A stretch of DNA of 64,000 bases. Origin: Chlamydiia bacterium (GTDB lineage Bacteria; Chlamydiota; Chlamydiia; Chlamydiales; JAAKFQ01). Positions within the stretch are counted from its first letter, which is position 1. The number at the start of each line of letters is the position of its first letter. The DNA is taken from assembly GCA_041688145.1 (NCBI GenBank), contig JBDNIV010000040.1, positions 1,742 through 65,741 on the forward strand, written 5' to 3'. The notes under the pieces are model-generated. The model did not search any database, was not told the origin of the DNA, and saw only the letters and a program-made list of their open reading frames with translations. Both the position numbers and the translations under genes were made by a program. Positions 63,164-64,000 of this stretch are shown here, piece by piece.

Positions 63164-64000
63164 TCAGGACTTTTTCATCCTAAAAGGCAAAAGCCTTTCA
63201 ACTTCAGATATGCGAAGTATTTTTGCAATTATCATAAACTGGATAAGAAATAAAAGAGCTTTGCCAATAAAAATGCGCGCTTGAACACTTAAGCTTGAAA
63301 GCTTCAAGCCAGCTACTTTTCCCATAAGAATAGGCCAAGTTATATCTTGAGCTAGATTCGCACTAAGAAATAAAACAGCTAAGGCTGCAATAATACTTGC
63401 TAAGGTGACTTTAAGGGTGTGCCCTTGCCGGGTCAATCTAAGCCCCCTATCAGAAGATGCCTGGAGATTACTTGGATCTTGGCTTAAAGCTATCTTTAGC
63501 TTTCTTACAAGGATTACCGCGTTGAGCGTTACCGAAAGACCTGTCGCAAGAGCAATAGAGGCAGACTTCATACCTAAAGCAAATATAAAAAAAGCGTTGA
63601 GGCCGAGATTAGAAAAAACGCTTATAAGAGCGGCTACTGACGGCGTTTTATAATCTCCTTTGGCATAAAAACCTTGAGCAAGGACAATCACAAAGCAGCT
63701 GCCAATAAGACCTGATCCATAACCTATTAAGCATTGGGTGGTATGGATAAGGCTTTCAACTCCAAATTCCCCTCTACCATAAAGCAGCTCAATGCCTGAT
63801 GTACTCAATACTAAAATCGCAAAAGTGGTTGGCACCATGAAAAGAATGACTTTATTACAGACATCTTTGAGATATTCTATGAAAAGGCCTTTATCTTGAT
63901 GTACTTTTGAAAGGGTGGGTAAAAGCGCGCTTGCCATAGAGACAGCAAAAAGTGAAAGAGGCAGCTGATAGATGCGAATCGCGTACCATAAGTAAGCTGG
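63164..64000 (-). CDS. murJ: Lipid II flippase MurJ (MviN), C-terminal part; the 5' end lies beyond the window
   Basis: The frame stays open to the window edge (..YLWYAIRIYQLPLSLFAVSMASALLPTLS..). Multi-TM MOP-family pattern. Confidence 0.85.
   Translation of the reverse strand, partial: PAYLWYAIRIYQLPLSLFAVSMASALLPTLSKVHQDKGLFIEYLKDVCNKVILFMVPTTFAILVLSTSGIELLYGRGEFGVESLIHTTQCLIGYGSGLIGSCFVIVLAQGFYAKGDYKTPSVAALISVFSNLGLNAFFIFALGMKSASIALATGLSVTLNAVILVRKLKIALSQDPSNLQASSDRGLRLTRQGHTLKVTLASIIAALAVLFLSANLAQDITWPILMGKVAGLKLSSLSVQARIFIGKALLFLIQFMIIAKILRISEVERLLPFRMKKS

Noticed and set aside
1-64000. CRISPR arrays, IS elements/transposases, integrases, prophage genes, rRNA operons
   Set aside because: I scanned for spaced direct repeats, terminal inverted repeats with transposase-like ORFs, and tRNA 3'-end duplications near the three tRNA genes, and saw none. 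The only convincing dispersed repeat is the 44-bp pair flanking the F-box gene.

Overview
The window looks like a chromosomal segment from a member of the Chlamydiota, probably an environmental, amoeba-associated lineage. GC is about 40%, judged by eye. This placement rests on gene content and local synteny that I recognise from chlamydial genomes. The supporting blocks are rng / plant-ATS1-type plsB / M16 insulinase, and rpsN-rpmJ divergent from rpmH-rnpA. Further support comes from a SWIB-domain protein, tyrP, glmS, a DsbA/DsbB pair, orphan OppA-like binding proteins and an F-box protein. Coding density is high. I call about 66 genes, including 3 tRNAs (Leu-CAA, Arg-UCG, Leu-GAG) and several genes the ORF track misses or truncates. 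These are rpmH, the true rpmJ start, the first 23 codons of prfB (programmed +1 frameshift), a 55-aa lipoprotein, yidD with a TTG start, and pcnB, which has no canonical start codon. I saw no rRNA, CRISPR array, IS element, transposase or prophage genes. Housekeeping genes are interrupted by small islands of orphan, effector-like genes that sit behind very AT-rich promoter regions. The main second-look items are: (1) RnpA fused in frame to a Tsr3/DTW-type acp-transferase-like domain. (2) lpxB interrupted by a single in-frame TGA exactly at a conserved Trp. (3) An F-box gene bracketed by a roughly 44-bp direct repeat that is a duplicated bidirectional terminator. (4) pcnB apparently starting at ATT. 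(5) A 1160-aa signal-less protein ending in an OppA-type domain. (6) An orphan TpsA-like exoprotein with a lysine-rich tail. All family assignments come from motif recognition by eye; no database or HMM search was possible.
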